Notes under the pieces: generated by a model
Database searches by the model: none
What the model saw: only the letters and a program-made list of their open reading frames with translations
Told to the model about the DNA's origin: nothing
Program-made: the position numbers and the translations under genes
DNA from: the human T2T-CHM13v2.0 reference genome, Homo sapiens
Direction: 5' to 3' (one strand)
Length of the DNA stretch: 64,000 bases
NCBI RefSeq assembly: GCF_009914755.1
Contig: NC_060928.1
Shown here: one piece after another, positions 39,200-54,381 of the stretch
Numbering within the stretch: position 1 is the stretch's first letter
How the letters are laid out: the number at the start of each line of letters is the position of its first letter

Positions 39200-41463
39200 G
39201 AAGGGAAAAAGAAAATAAAGAAAAGAAGAGAGGATAAGAAGGAAGGGAGGAGGAGAGAGGGGCAGCAGCAGAAAATTCATGCTCTCCACATGAAAAGAAC
39301 TTCGGCACATCTTTTTCCTGTCTTCCTTTTTCCTTCTTCTTCCTCTTCTCTTCTTTACCTCCCTCCTCCTGTTTCTTCTTATCTCCTTTGTCTAACAATA
39401 CACATAAATGCACGATTTAAAACTGATATCATGGGATATACTCAGAGCTCTTTTCTAAATGCAGTTCATATTGTAATGCAAAAATCAGCTCCTGGATGCA
39501 ATAAGCACTCCACAGTATTGGAGACGTTTTAAATAAAGCTGACAAATCTCACTTCTCATATTTGCTACAGATTTAGAGTGAGAAGTGATGGCACTTAAAT
39601 TTCTGCCAGCCACCACTGGCACTGAAATGTTACTTTTGCTGAAGTTTATATCACTACCCTGCCCTTGCTTCTTGCTTATGCCTTTGATTTTCCTCACCTC
39701 TTCACCCACTGTACACCGCCCCCAATCATTTCACACCCCCAAATAGCAACCACTCGGAGTTGTATATTTATCTATGACTAGCAGACTAGTGTGAAGTTTT
39801 GGTGCAAAGCAAATTGGAGAAGGGCCGTTTCCATATTATAGTGACATAGGGAACAACTTGGAATTAAGAATTAGTTATCTGATTTTAAAGCCTCTTAGCC
39901 ATTTCTGACGTTGGAGACTTCACCCTTCTTTAATATAGAATGTCAACCATTGCCTAAGTTTCTAGATCTGTCGTTCCCCACCTACTTTCATCTTCTTTCT
40001 TGTTCTCAGGCTGCCTAGAGAAGCTCAAAATGCTTCTCACATGACCATTCATAGAAATATGTTTCCCTTTGCCTCACTTCCTACCCAGCCTATTCCTATG
40101 CTGAGAGACATTCATTGTTCAACCAAACGGATGGTCTACCATGGTGCTGGTCTCAAGAAACATATTCATTTCACCTAAGAGGAATTCCTTCTCAGTTCTT
40201 AAATTAACAGGTTATTTTTTTCTTCTTTCTTACAATTTGAAAGCAGAGTCGTAAAAGAAAAGTAAACATTAAAAAAAGAGCAAGCAAACAGAACAAAGTC
40301 TACAAGGAATAATATTGAAAGGTAAAATATGCTAGAATAAATGGTTTAAAAGTCCTGACTAGTGACTTCCAGTAACAGTGCTTCGTTGAAACCGTCATAA
40401 TGGAATTCTCTCCAGCAAATAGCACAGTGCAACTTTTATTCAGTTTGTATGTGCATGTATGTGTGTGTATCCATCAGTTTCCGAAATTGTAGTAAAAATC
40501 TAAATATATGGTGTAATGCAACGTGAGGATGAAGGAAAAAGAATGTTAAGACTTTGGCTAAGTGGTAAAATCCATTAGCAGAAACCTCAAAACTGCAAGC
40601 ATAATTATGACCCCTGAAAGTCAAATCAATTGTGCATGTCTGTGCGGGGAGTCAGGGTGAGGAGGAGTGGGGCTGAGTTGAAAGAAATGGGAAAAATGAA
40701 TGTGATTGGTGAAGATGAGAACCTCTAAAGCAGCCACTCAAATGACAAAATACATCAATATGGTGCATTTGTTCTGTCTTTTTCTAAAACTTTGAACTGA
40801 TCATTCTGCCAAATAAATGAACAAACTGAAACTTAGCCGTCTGTCCTATGCAGCCCTACAATGATTGAATGTACAACAGCTTGTGAAAGAACCAAAAAGG
40901 AAAGCCAGGCTGGAGCTAGCCAACAACATATATCATGTGGTAGGAAAGTGTCAATGAATATGGAACTAACATTTTTTTTTGAAAAAGAAATGAAAAGAAA
41001 AAAAGATGACAGTTGTTCATGAGAAGGCTGAGAGGGAGAGGGCAGATGATAAGTAAAGCTGACTCAGAGAGCACATGGGTACAGTTTTGAAGTACAGCAG
41101 GTAGTTATGCAATGCTTGGTGATTACACCCTCAAATACAGCACGACAGGCAATAATTTAATTTTTCAAACCTCCATGTTAAAAGCAAGTTTTGAATTTGG
41201 CAGTGAGGCCTTTTCCTTCCACTAGTGTCAAGTGAGAGTGCAGCCATTTCATTTGAATGCCCAGCTGCAACATTCAGTGCATTTATCATAGCTAGATATT
41301 TGACCAAATTTTTGTGACTTCTATTTCTTGACAAGAATAGTAGTAAATTGGACCAGTTTTTGCTTTGAAGTCTTCATATTCAACAATGGAATAAGGGTTC
41401 ATCTTGTACCTATTAGTATCACATATCTTTTCCTAGGAAACTGAGACAACACTGGTTTCCATT

Positions 41464-41762
41464 TTTAAAAGAGTTATAAATGTAAGGGGTACAAGTACAG
41501 TTTTGTTACACGGATATATTATACAGTGTTGAAGTCTGGGCTTTTAGTGTTGACTGTCACCTGAATAGTGTACATTGCATCCTTAGAGTACCTTCTTACC
41601 CTCACCCCCTCTCCCTTCCCTGCCCTTCCAAGCTCCAATGTCTGTTATTTCACACTGCATGTCCATGTGTACACATTATTTAGCCCCCACTTATATGTAA
41701 GAACATGCAGTATTTGACTTTCTGTTTCCGATTTGTTTCACCTAAGGTAATGTCCTCCAGTT
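41464..41762 (-). mobile_element. L1 (L1PB/MA-like) 3' end
   Basis: GGGGTACAAGTACAGTTTTGTTACA...CCCACTTATATGTAAGAACATGCAGTATTTG. Confidence 0.82.
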
Positions 41763-41783
41763 AAGAAAAGGAAAGAAGGAAGG

Positions 41784-42109
41784 TGTATTAGCCCGATCTC
41801 ACACTGCTATAAAGAACTGCCTGAGAGGGGGTAATTTATAAAGAAAAGAGATTTAATTGACTTACAGTTCCACATGACTGGGAAGGCCTCAGGAGACTTA
41901 CAATCATGGCAGAAGGTACCTCTTCACAGGGTGGCAGGAGAAGAAGAAGCAAACAAGAGAGGAACTGCCAAACACTCATAAAACCATCAGAACAGCACGG
42001 GGGAAACTGCCCCATGATCTGATCTCCCCCCACCAGGTCTCTCCCTCAACACCTAGGGATTAAAATTCAAGATGAGATTTGGGTGAGGACACAAAGCCTG
42101 ACCAGATCA
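41784..42109 (-). mobile_element. MaLR solo LTR (THE1/MST-like)
   Basis: TGTATTAG...GACCAGATCA with a 5-bp TSD GAAGG. Confidence 0.85.
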
Positions 42110-42241
42110 GAAGGTAAGGAGGCAGAGAAGGAAGGAAGAGAGAAAATAAGATATATAGGTAGGGAGGGAGCAACAGAAAGGAGCCACTAAAAAAATAGAT
42201 GTGCATGGCTGAGTGTTTTATGGTCATTTTAATCGAGAGTA

Positions 42242-42595
42242 TGCTGTGTTCTGAAGTATATATCCTCCTAAAATTCATATGTTGAAAGACTAATCACTAT
42301 GTGACAGTATTAAAAGGTGGGGCCTCAGAGAGGTGAATAAATCATGAGGGCTCAATGGGATTCGTGTTCTTATAAAAGAGGCCCCAGGAAGCTGCCTTGC
42401 CTTTTCCACCATGTGAGGACACAGCAAGAAGGTGCCACCTATGAATGAGGAAATGCGCTCTCACCAGACACCAAAAATGCCTGCACCTTGATCTTGGACT
42501 TCTCAGCCTCCAGAACTGTGAAAAATAAATGTCTGCTGTTTATAAGCTACTCAGTCTATGATATTTTGTTATAGCAGCCCAAATGGACTAAGATA
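42242..42595 (+). mobile_element. MLT1A-like MaLR solo LTR
   Basis: AAATTCATATGTTGAAA...CTTGATCTTGGACTTCTCAGCCTCCAGAACTGTGA...GACTAAGATA. TSD GAGTA/GAGTG. Confidence 0.85.
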
Positions 42596-43878
42596 GAGTG
42601 CCATGAGAAAAACATCCAATTACAATAACTCATGTTTCTATGACACATTTTCAAATATGAGAAAGAAATTGGAGCCAACTATTTTACGGATTTGACAGAA
42701 CCAAAACATTTTTCCTGTTTTAAAAGATAACGTACAGGCAATCTGTGTCATACAAAGTCTTCCAAAGAGAAAATTTTCAGTGGCACACTTAAAATGGAAA
42801 ATTAGGAAAAATTTGTTGTTAATATCCTTTGATCATCCTTCCCTCCTCCCTTTTTAGCTGAATATTTTTGTTATATCTTGCTCTATTCCACTTCCCTAAT
42901 TGTACCCAATTTTCACTAAAGTGCCCCATGACACAAAATAATTCCTTCTTCACTGATAACTTATTTTTCTTTACTTATAACAAAAAAGAAAAAGCAATTT
43001 TTGTTGGAGAACTTCATGCAAAATGTGAATGGTTGCTATAAGCCTTAACCTCAAAGAGATTATTTTCTAATTAAAATCAATTAGAGATATATGTAGGAAG
43101 GTTTTTTGTTTGTTTTGGTTTGTTAATTGTTTGTTTTAGCATGGAAGCTTTCAAAGTATACCTTGCTTACTCTGAGAGAGTAGCCTTTTATTCCGTGTGT
43201 TTTTAGACTAATTACATAACTATTCAGTAGCCTTTCTAATAAGTTGGGGACCTTTGGTAAAAACTGACAACTTATCCTTTTGTTTGTAGCCTTGTGGCAT
43301 CTTCTTGACTCCTCCCCCTATTTCTAGATTCACTGTCATTGGAGGGTTTATTTCTCTCAAGTGCTACATCAGGGTGATGATGAGAGCAGGTAGTGAATGA
43401 TCAGCCTCATTCAGTGAGCAGCTATGATTAGAAAGCCTTCTCACCGTTTCCCCAGTGGTCAGGTCCTCAGATACCCCTGCTCACCCACATGCCCAGCCTG
43501 TTACTACTGTTCCAAGCCCACCACATGCTAGCCTAGTCCATGTTAGTAAGTTTCTGTCTCAATTTCTCAACACATTCTCTCTTCTGGGACTAGAGCCCTA
43601 CCATGACTGCATCTCTTTTGTGAGACCTGGACCCTTCATCACCCTCAGAAGCCAGGGTCCCGTAAACATTCTCCTTTACCACCTCAAGTCACTCGCACAC
43701 ACTCACTCAGCCCAGGTCTTCTTATCTGTTACATGGAGGTAACACATCTTCCTAAGGCTCTGAGAAATACATAACGTAAAGAATATAAATTACTCAGCCC
43801 AGTGCCTAACTGGAAAAGTTGAGTAAAATAGCTTTGACTATTTTTGCAAAAAGAGACAACAGAAGCATAGATCTCCTA

Positions 43879-44423
<545 letters not shown>

Positions 44424-45419
44424 TAAACTAAGATGAGCCTCTCTATATGAAATGCGAAGTGAGATGTGTCTTCTACTTACTTAAAGCTGTGGTTTTTTAC
44501 TATGTGCATATGTCCACTAACATTTTAAACTAGTTTTTTAGGGCTCTTGAAGAATGTTTAGTTTTGAAAACAATCACTGCGCTTTGAACTTTAACCATAT
44601 CAGTGAAACCCGAGCGAAAGACATTTCAAAGAGGGTTTAGATTTAAAGCAAATATCTATTCACTCTAATCTGCTTTAAAATCTGTTGTTTTCCTGGAGAG
44701 ACTTAATCAGGATTCCAAACCATGAATCAAAATGAAATAAGGAATATAGTGCACATTTAAAAAGCATATTTACCATTCATCTATACCGACTAAACACTGT
44801 CAAAATATACAGAGCCTACATTTATGAATCAGTGTTTTAAATACTCTACCATAGCTGATAATTCATTTGCTAATTTAAATAATATTTGATATGATTTACA
44901 GAAAACTGGTGACCTTCAGTCCCTGCTACAAAATACAGTATGTGGATCTGTGGAGATATTTTCATTCACTCATGGTCATTAATACAAAAGGCAATGTATT
45001 TGATTAAACACTATAATTAAACTGCATAGTGGAAAGAACTGAATTAAAAAAAAATTTATATACACACATAGGTATAAAATAGTTAGATCTCATTTAATGT
45101 CCTGTAGGGGAAGACATATTAGAGTCTGAACTCTAGAACCAGATCTTCTCAATGCAACTCACTAGCTCTGTGATCTTAGAAAAGTTCCTTAACTCTGTAA
45201 ACTCTTTTTCCTACCCATAAGATAAGGATAATATATGTACTATATGTCATATTATTAGAGGAATTTAATGAGATTATATAATATTAAATCTATACAAGAT
45301 AGATCTATATTTGGTATATAGTAAAAGTTTGAATAAATATGTTACTATTCTTACCATTTATTTTACCATTTCACATGTTAAGATTTTAAACAAACTATCT
45401 TCCTAATCTCCTTTACAGA

Positions 45420-46010
45420 TCACTGAGAACTTGCAACACAGAAGCCAGAGTGAATGTTGCTCTAGAGTAAGTCTTATCAGGTCTCTCCTCTGGCTTACCA
45501 ACTCAGCCTAAGGGAAAGCAAAAGTCCTTATAATGGCCTGCAAGCTCCCTCAGTTCTTTGATAGTTGCTGCTCCCCCCCAACTCCTCAGTCCACTCCCCA
45601 TAGTGCCTTTTGTGCTGTTCTTGAGGGAATGCCATCTTTCTTCCTGCCTAAATGCATTTACCCTTGCTCTTCTTTCTGTTTGGAACATTTTAGTCCCACA
45701 AATCTGCTGGCTTCCTACCTCTTCCAAATCATGAACACTGACGCCTTCCCTGCCCATCCAGGATAAAATAGCCCTTTGCTCCTCACAACATTCTCAATTA
45801 CTTTCTGGTTGATTTTTCTCCAGAGCACTTATTCCTTTTCTATCATATGTTATAAATTACCTGTTTTTCTTTTCTATTGCCTGTGTTTCCCATGCATTTA
45901 TAAACTCTAAGAAATCAGAAAATTTTGTCTCTTTTCTTCATTACTGCATCTCCTTTGCCTAGAACAATGCCAAGGAGATATAAGATATTTTGGTGCCTTT
46001 GTTGAAATTG
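45420..46010. mobile_element. L2 relic
   Basis: CAAAAGTCCTTATAATGGCCTGCAAG...TTCTGTTTGGAACATT...CCTAGAACAATGCC. Confidence 0.6.
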
Positions 46011-49000
46011 ATGCTTTCATTTTCTTTCAAATGAGGGAGAGCCAGACCAGAGCCCCTCATTCACTGTAAACCCCTAATACCATCCTTTGAACAGCATGCT
46101 CCCCTCTACTGTTCTCCATTGTCAGGACCAGGTTGTTGATGGGGCTTCCTGTCTAATAATTTTTACACATTCCTGGCTCATTTACTTTACCCCTCACATT
46201 TCATGTGGCAAGAGCAAGTATGACTGGAATATATGATATAATGGGAACAGCTTCAAACTCCTTATTGCCATTTGATAAAATGTCCACCCTCTTTATAATA
46301 GTCGTCTTCCACTGTTGATGTTTTACTTTGCTAATCACACATGATTCCACTTAATGTTCATGGTAATCCTGTGAAGTACATACTATAATCCCTATTTTAC
46401 AAATGAGGGAACAGAGTCTCAAGGAGTTTAAGGAAATCTGAAGATGGTGAGTAAGTCCCATGAGAAGTGACTTGGACTTAAAGATGTCTCTCTCCAAAGT
46501 CTATGTTCTCAGCATTCTGTTATACTGCCTCTTCAACTGTGGAAAATCTGACACCATTTTTAAAGTCTTGAAACCTAAAACTGCATTATTTTCTGGCATC
46601 CCCAGAGAAAAATTAGTAGTTGAAATATATATCAATGTATTTCTACTCCATACAAATTCCAATAAAGATAAATGGTTTCTTTTTATGTTTCTTAAATATG
46701 TGTGAATTCCAGATGTAGCTTTGCAACAAAACATCCTCTGTGTTGTTGTAAAAGGCAGTCATCACTTCTGCTGATAAAGGATGGTATAAGAATAATCAGG
46801 ATATTCACATGAGATTTAAGTCAGACCAGAGAAGAATCTGATTTATAAAGCTGACTAAGTAATAAAGCAGACAGCCATGCTCAAAAGAAATAAACATTGA
46901 AAACAAAAGGAGAATGGAGGGAAAAAATGAGTCAATACAAATTATCTGTAGTAAGAAATAAATTAAAAATAAAAATGGAGAAAACATCCTGAGTATGAAA
47001 AAAAAAGTCTTCTGGATGAGTAATATCAGATCGCATATGTGCTCTCAGAGTTAGGGTTGAATTGCTGTCAACAGATTCTAGAGGGGCTCGTTTTCCTGAC
47101 ATCTCAATGTGCATATTGCATCTTCCTAAACAACAAATGCTCACACAGAAAGGACATTACCTGGAGCTCAGCCAAGGAGGTTTACCAGTTTACAGGAACA
47201 CAGTCTATATTTTATTCCTGCATTTTTATTGCAATCATTATTTTAGTCTCACAAATATTTTTCAAAATTTATTCCCACCTTTTTTGTTTTTTAGCCTATC
47301 TGAAAAGCATCAGAGCTCAACTCTCCAGTTTTGCAATATGCTCTTCAGTTTAGCATATTATCTTTAACAATTATGTCTAAAAATTGCAACCTAATTGTAA
47401 CAGACAAAATACCACCATGTTGAGGTGAATGTATTGCATAAATAATTCCTAATGATATTCAAGAATATTTTGTAGTTGAGGACTTATGTCATTCTATTCT
47501 TTTAAAAAAATACATTGAAAATATATCCCTAATGTTTGCCCAACCGTAGGTTCTTAAGAATCGTGATCATGTGCCTAGTTGACATATGACTTCATCACGT
47601 ACTTCATATTGCTTTGGTGATTAAAAATGATTTTAAATGACTAAATTAAAATATACAAATAAAATACTTGAAAACTAGGAAAAGCTAGTAACTTTTAAGG
47701 TTACATTATATTTAAATCAAAACCCACAAAATCTAATAAAAAATACAGTTCTGTTTCCTCATTACCTAGGGTGAATAATCAGGAGGCATCAGTCTTTTGC
47801 TCTTTTCTTTAGTTGCAATTGATACAGGCACCAGTTTTGCATGTTATAGGTGTCAATATACCAATCTTATTTAACTCTAATTGCTCTATGTCACAGATCA
47901 GGGAGGGAGACATGAAGGCAAGTTTCAGCTTTGGCTAAAGTCATTAACTTCTAGTCTCTTAGAAGCAGTGCCTGCTCCAACATGTTGAAGAAACTTGGGC
48001 CCAACTATTTCTACAAAGCTCTGTTAAGAAGGCTGAAATTTTGGGTAACCCTTGGCACGTGAGAAAAACATTCAAAACTGCTGTAGACAAGGGGTGGAAA
48101 TTTAACTAAATTCAACCGGAATCTGAAATTTTGCTGCACTCAATTGATTTTGTTATATTACATTTATTTTAAACAGAAACAGGAAGCCAAAACCAAACAT
48201 GTGTTCATTAAAAACCCATTTTCAAGGCATGTTTATGTGCAGTGAAAATAGGCACCTCCTGAAAGACAATGAACAAATAAAAATAGTTGATCTACAAATG
48301 TGAAGCATCAGAACACTTACAAGATGATTTATTCTGATCTCCAGATACTAAAATGAAGCTTGAATTCACAAATAGCTTCAGCTGTAATGGTTCATTTACT
48401 CTCTTGACATTGGTGATATCACTACCAATAATGGTATAACTAGATTTGATTAAACTTATGTTTATTTTCATTTGAAGAGCATTTCATTATGATCATCCTA
48501 ATTGCTAACTTTTGAAGTTCACTTAAGTTCTTGGCATTTATTTGTCCATTTAATCCTCATAACAAAAGCATTAAAACTTACTCCAATGGGTTACCCTGAT
48601 GTCTAATGAATTTATATATGTAAAGTGCTTTGTTCCTGGCACAAAATATGAATTTAGTAAGTGCTAAACATTTGGCAAGTAGAATTATTTTCCACATTTT
48701 ACAATTAGAGAGAACTTTTAAATATAGAGCTGAGCTTCCAGGGTCATGCTCTTGCCCACAGTTCTCTGTTTCATACAGTGTGGACTGTATACAGTTAGAA
48801 GTCATGTGCATACACGTCTTTAATGTCTAATTCTCTTCCTATACAGTTCTACATCATCAGTCTCATTTCTCACTACTCTCTCTAGCAATATGCTTTCCTT
48901 GCTTCAGAGTGACCTTTAAATCCCAGTGCTACTTCTTACTTCTGGACCAATTTCCAGGAAAGCATATTGTATCTTATGTCTAAATGTTTCACGTATACCT

Positions 49001-52000
49001 ATTTTCTGAGCTTTTTCAGGTTGACTCCATCTCTTTTCAACTTCTATCTTATCTGTATATACCCTGACCTCTTAATATTCTTCATTTCTTTTCTTTGTAT
49101 AGAGAAGTATGCTTAGGAATACATCTGTTATTCTCTCTTTTGGATTCTGAATTCTTAGGAAGTAGCAACTTTACCTGAAGTCTCTGTTGTTGTTCCATAC
49201 AAAGTTCCAATGTATTATAAATTGTAACCTTCTAAGGACATCTACGTGAAGAAGACCGCATCTTTGCCAACATGTCCCAAAGAATGATAATAGATCATCA
49301 ATGATCAAACAAAACTATAAGAAAAATTTGATTATGAAATTCAAATTTTTAACATACTAAATATTGCACTATTGTGATGTAAATTCCAAAGATTCAAACT
49401 ACTGCTTTTCCTCCATTTAACAGGTCTGAAGTTCAAAAGCAAAACCTGCTATCCATTAATAAATTGTATGCTGTATGTCTAAGAACTGGAGTATACAATT
49501 ACACAAAGAACCCACAATGTTCAAATAATAAATCACCTTGGTATTTAGAAAGTATTGTGCCATGAATCAAAACCGTTATTAGAATCATAAGATATTTTAC
49601 TTATGTTACATCAAAGTGACTATGAAATATTACACAGGTTTTTCAGTATGAAGTTATGTAAAATTTTTCTGATATGAGATTTACACATGATACATATTAA
49701 TATGACAGTCTTGTATTCTAAAAGCATTCTTACACTTGGGAGTGAGTCTGGTAAATTAAGAATGGTCCTGCATGTCTATACTGTACCAGGTATTAATGGG
49801 ACAATAAACAAATGATTTATCTTATTTAGGTCTCAATTTTCTCATCTGCAAAATGGATGGATTCACACAATCCTGACTTGTTTCTAAATTCTACCAAAAA
49901 TTTCTAAATATTTCATACAATTTTTAATGATTAGAAATTATTAATAATAATAATTCATTTAGTCATCATATTCTATATTAAATATCTATGGCATTCATAG
50001 TTCACTATTGAAAATCCATACTATAGTGCTACACTGCTGATGGAATTATATTATAAGCTGTGCTACTCTGAGCAGTTTTATAATTTATTCTACTTAGAAT
50101 GTTTCTGTAATGAATATTGTCTTGATCATTATAGGAAAATAATTTCTCTATTAAGAAAGCTTTCAGAGAAAAACTGATAAAATATAAATATTGCACATAA
50201 ATTTTCAATTGGGTGCTTTTAAAAAAATTAATTCATTAAAGTAATTATAAAAACTAAATATATTTTCAGAGAGGGAGAGGTAAGGATGGTGGTATTTTAG
50301 GGTAGTTTGTTATATTATTCGGATGTAAATATTCTTGCCAGCTTCTCCCGCTCTCCTTTGCTTCTGAACCTCTGTTTTTCTACTCTCAACTTATAAATGC
50401 AAAGAGAACTAGGGGACATATCAAAAAGCAAACACAAACATATCATCTTAGTAAATCACACCCATTTTCCAAGCATGAACATTGGCACAGTTTTTCTGAA
50501 GAGTATATTTCTTTACAGTGATCTCTGTCCACATCGGCTCTGATTATCAATAGTTGTAGAAAACATATTCAGACAGGAGAGACATTCAACACTGAAGACC
50601 AGGATGCCAGAGGCAAATAATGACTTATTAGAAATAATTCATTTTAGATAACACTAGGGATTTTTCAAGTAGATGCTCCTGGGTTCTCATGCCTGACAGC
50701 TGTGTGAGGTACAGAAATGGTAGCTACTTTCTGCAGTGGCTGTCAAAAGTAACAGCTTCTAAACTTTTTTTTTTTTCAAATGGCTTTTTGTAATGGAAAG
50801 GAAAATATCAGAGAGAATGGAAATCAGATTATTTTATGCTCCTCCCTTCCAACAACTTTAAAGTAGATTCAGAGGCTGCCTTGCTAAGAAATTTGCTAGC
50901 AACATACAAATAAATCCATTTTCAAAGTAAAATGAACAAAGATGGCATGACTATAAACACATCAGCTACCTTTCTGGATTTGTCCTTATTTATCTCATCA
51001 CTCAGTTCTTTGCTTCACAAAAGCTTGATTATTCCTGTTAAGATATATTAAGGAAAACATCATTTGAAAGGAAAAGGCAGAGCAAAGATCCAAGTAGTAG
51101 AGTATAAGAAGAAAATCTCCATTTGGCTTTACTGTTTTTTTCTTATGATATTGACCTTTATTATTTACTTACAGACTTTTAAAGCTAGAAAGGAAATGAC
51201 ACAATTATCTAGCTCACCTCCCTATTTTAAAGTAAACAAATTTTTGTTTCATTAATGAAATGCAAAAATAATTTCTGTACTATAATACAATATTTCCTAA
51301 TATGAACATACTTTGATTCTATCTCTAGTATGCTGTTTATTCCAAAGAACATCCCTTTCAGCAGAGTAACTCTTAAAATTGCACAGCAATTGAAGACTTT
51401 ATTTTCAAATATATTTGCAAGTAACTGTGTCCAATTTTGAAGCCCTAGGCTTAGGAACATATGTGTAATTTTTTTTAAGTTACCTGGTAACCTTAGGATA
51501 GGTTGCACCTCATCAAACTGGTTATATTATGTGCAGTTCAATGTCAGGCCTGCTGAATCAATTAGAAAAGACATAAACTGAAATATGAGCTATGTCTTGC
51601 TAGAATGAAAAATCAGATGTTATGTCTGTTTTTTAGTTTGATATGTGCCCTTGATCTTCAGCTGTCAGACCAACTTTGGATGTTATGTTTTTTATGGTTT
51701 ACAAAGTATTCACAGGTGTGAGACCCCAATTTTTTTCAAAAAAGGGATTATTTCTTCACAATTCAAATAATCATATATAAAATACCTTGTCTATAAACTA
51801 CATCTTACTGTTACCACTGAGATATGACATCATGAGTAAAATAGAAATCTAGTCTTACGGTTCTATGTTTTTAAAATGTACCTAAACACACACATATATA
51901 TTTACTTATTATATACTTATATATATCCACCAACACTTGAATGTGTATCAATTATAAGTCACAGAACTAAAAATCATACAGTATGTGTAATTTTTTATTT

Positions 52001-52276
52001 GTATTCAAAATCTGTAAACTGAACACAAAGTTTGACAACTTATGGGGTTACAAACCACAAACAGGCATAAAAACATGACCAGAAATTATGGTTTTTTCCC
52101 TTTTTATTCTGAAATTAATTCTGTGAAATTTATTCACAATATCAAGGTAAAGTTTGGAGAGATAAGGAATCAGGAACTACTAACATCTGTGACCATTATC
52201 TCTACAATATGGGAAAAAAATCTTTAATAGAAATCTATGAAAAAATAACATTGTCAATATTATAACAATTAGGAAG

Positions 52277-52314
52277 GAAAGAATAGGGAGAAGAAAGAAT
52301 AGGGAGAAGAAAGA
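52277..52314. repeat. 16-bp tandem duplication
   Basis: GAAAGAATAGGGAGAA twice plus a partial copy. Confidence 0.85.
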
Positions 52315-53792
52315 TTAGCCAAGCTAATTATGTGTTTAAGTAGATTTTTATCTTGTACTTTATTCCACTATATTTATTTAAGGGTGCCCAGGAATATGTT
52401 TTAATTAATTTGTAATATTGTTTCTCAATAAAAAAATCTTCAAACTTTTCACTAAAACATATTATTCACTAAAATCTGCATTGCTCCAAAGAAAATTTTT
52501 AGAAAATTGCATTCTATTCAGTGGGCATAATTAGACCCATAAGGCTTCCAAGAACTTTTTAGAAAGTCCCCTTAAATCTTTGCAAATTTTTAAAATAAGA
52601 ATTCCTGCCATGCACAGATTATTAGGTCAATATTTATATTAAAATAGAGAGAAACAGAATTGTAAAACATGAAATAATTATGTTTGGCTATAATAGTTAA
52701 CATTCTCCAAAGTGTTTTAATATATTCAAACTTATTTAGTTGAAACAACTCTATATCATAGGTACTTAGTTATTATTACATGGCCCAAGCTTCATCTGTA
52801 TATCAATTTATCTCCCTGATGATTTCATCCTACCATTGTACCCTTCCCATGGCAACAACAACAATAACCAAAAAACCATCTGAGCTCAACCTGGTAGGCA
52901 GGTCATAAGGAATCCATCTCATATGCATCTGTATTTCAAATCCCAGTTGAAGTATTAACAATCTAACATTAAACCCTATTTTAAATATCTGAACACCAGT
53001 ATGTCCGGTTACAGGGAAAGCCCATTCACTGTTGGTAGAGAGATGATATTGTCTTGGTCTTTGTTTGTGTTTGTTAAAATGCCTCAAAAAATAGGAATAT
53101 TTTATATGCATTTTATATATATAGCATACCTCTGTATGTATCTGTACATGTGATAACTATTTAAATTACAAGTTCAAAAGTGCAAAATAAGCAGCACCAG
53201 AAATCAATGTGATGAAGAATATCTTATTTCTGGACTCAGAAAAATGTCTTTGTGACTTTGGTATACTACCCATCATTTGACAGAGTGAAGAAATACAGAT
53301 TTTATCTGAGGCCTTCAGGTGCTGGCTTCATTTAAAATTACAAGCACCATCAGCTCATTCAAGTGTTTTGATAATAAAATTGTCAGTAGTCCAAAAGTGA
53401 TTTCAAGATTTAATTATTCATCACGTGATTAAAAATAAAATTAATATTAACATGCAAATGTGTAGTTTTCTTAACAATATTGGCCAATATTATTTTAAAG
53501 AACATCTCTGAATGTTTTCACGTAAGAAAAGAGACTGTCCCAGAAATCCTGGACCCAGTTATCCTGAAGTTTCCTCTGATTCATCAAGTATTTAAGTTTC
53601 CAGGCCAACAGAAGCCTGAGGCTCAAATATTTGTAGCAAATCGGTGACTCAGGGCAACACAGCAGAACCCTGAGAAACAATGAAGAAGGAATTGTTTATA
53701 ATCTTGTGCTCAGTTACACAAAAGATACACATTTATTTTCACCACCACCCACCAAAGACCCCAGAGGATCCAGAGGCTATAATAATAGAATA

Positions 53793-53988
53793 TGTTACCA
53801 AAGGAAATACAAGATGACCCATTAAATTTGAATTTCAGATACTCAAACAAAAAAATTTAAAGTATGCTACAGGCACTATTTGGAGTATACTTATACTAAA
53901 AAAAATGTTGTTTATCTGAAATTCAAATTTAAATGGGCAATTTTTATTTTTGTTTTTGTTTTGTTATTTTGATAAATCTAGGAACATC
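53793..53988. mobile_element. MER53-like palindromic hAT MITE
   Basis: Inverted arms CCCATTAAATTTGAATTTCAGATA and TATCTGAAATTCAAATTTAAATGGG. Confidence 0.75.
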
Positions 53989-54049
53989 TTTACCTCCACA
54001 TACAATTCAAGGCTGATCAGTGAGGGAAGGATAAGAGTTTTAGACAAGA

Positions 54050-54381
<332 letters not shown>

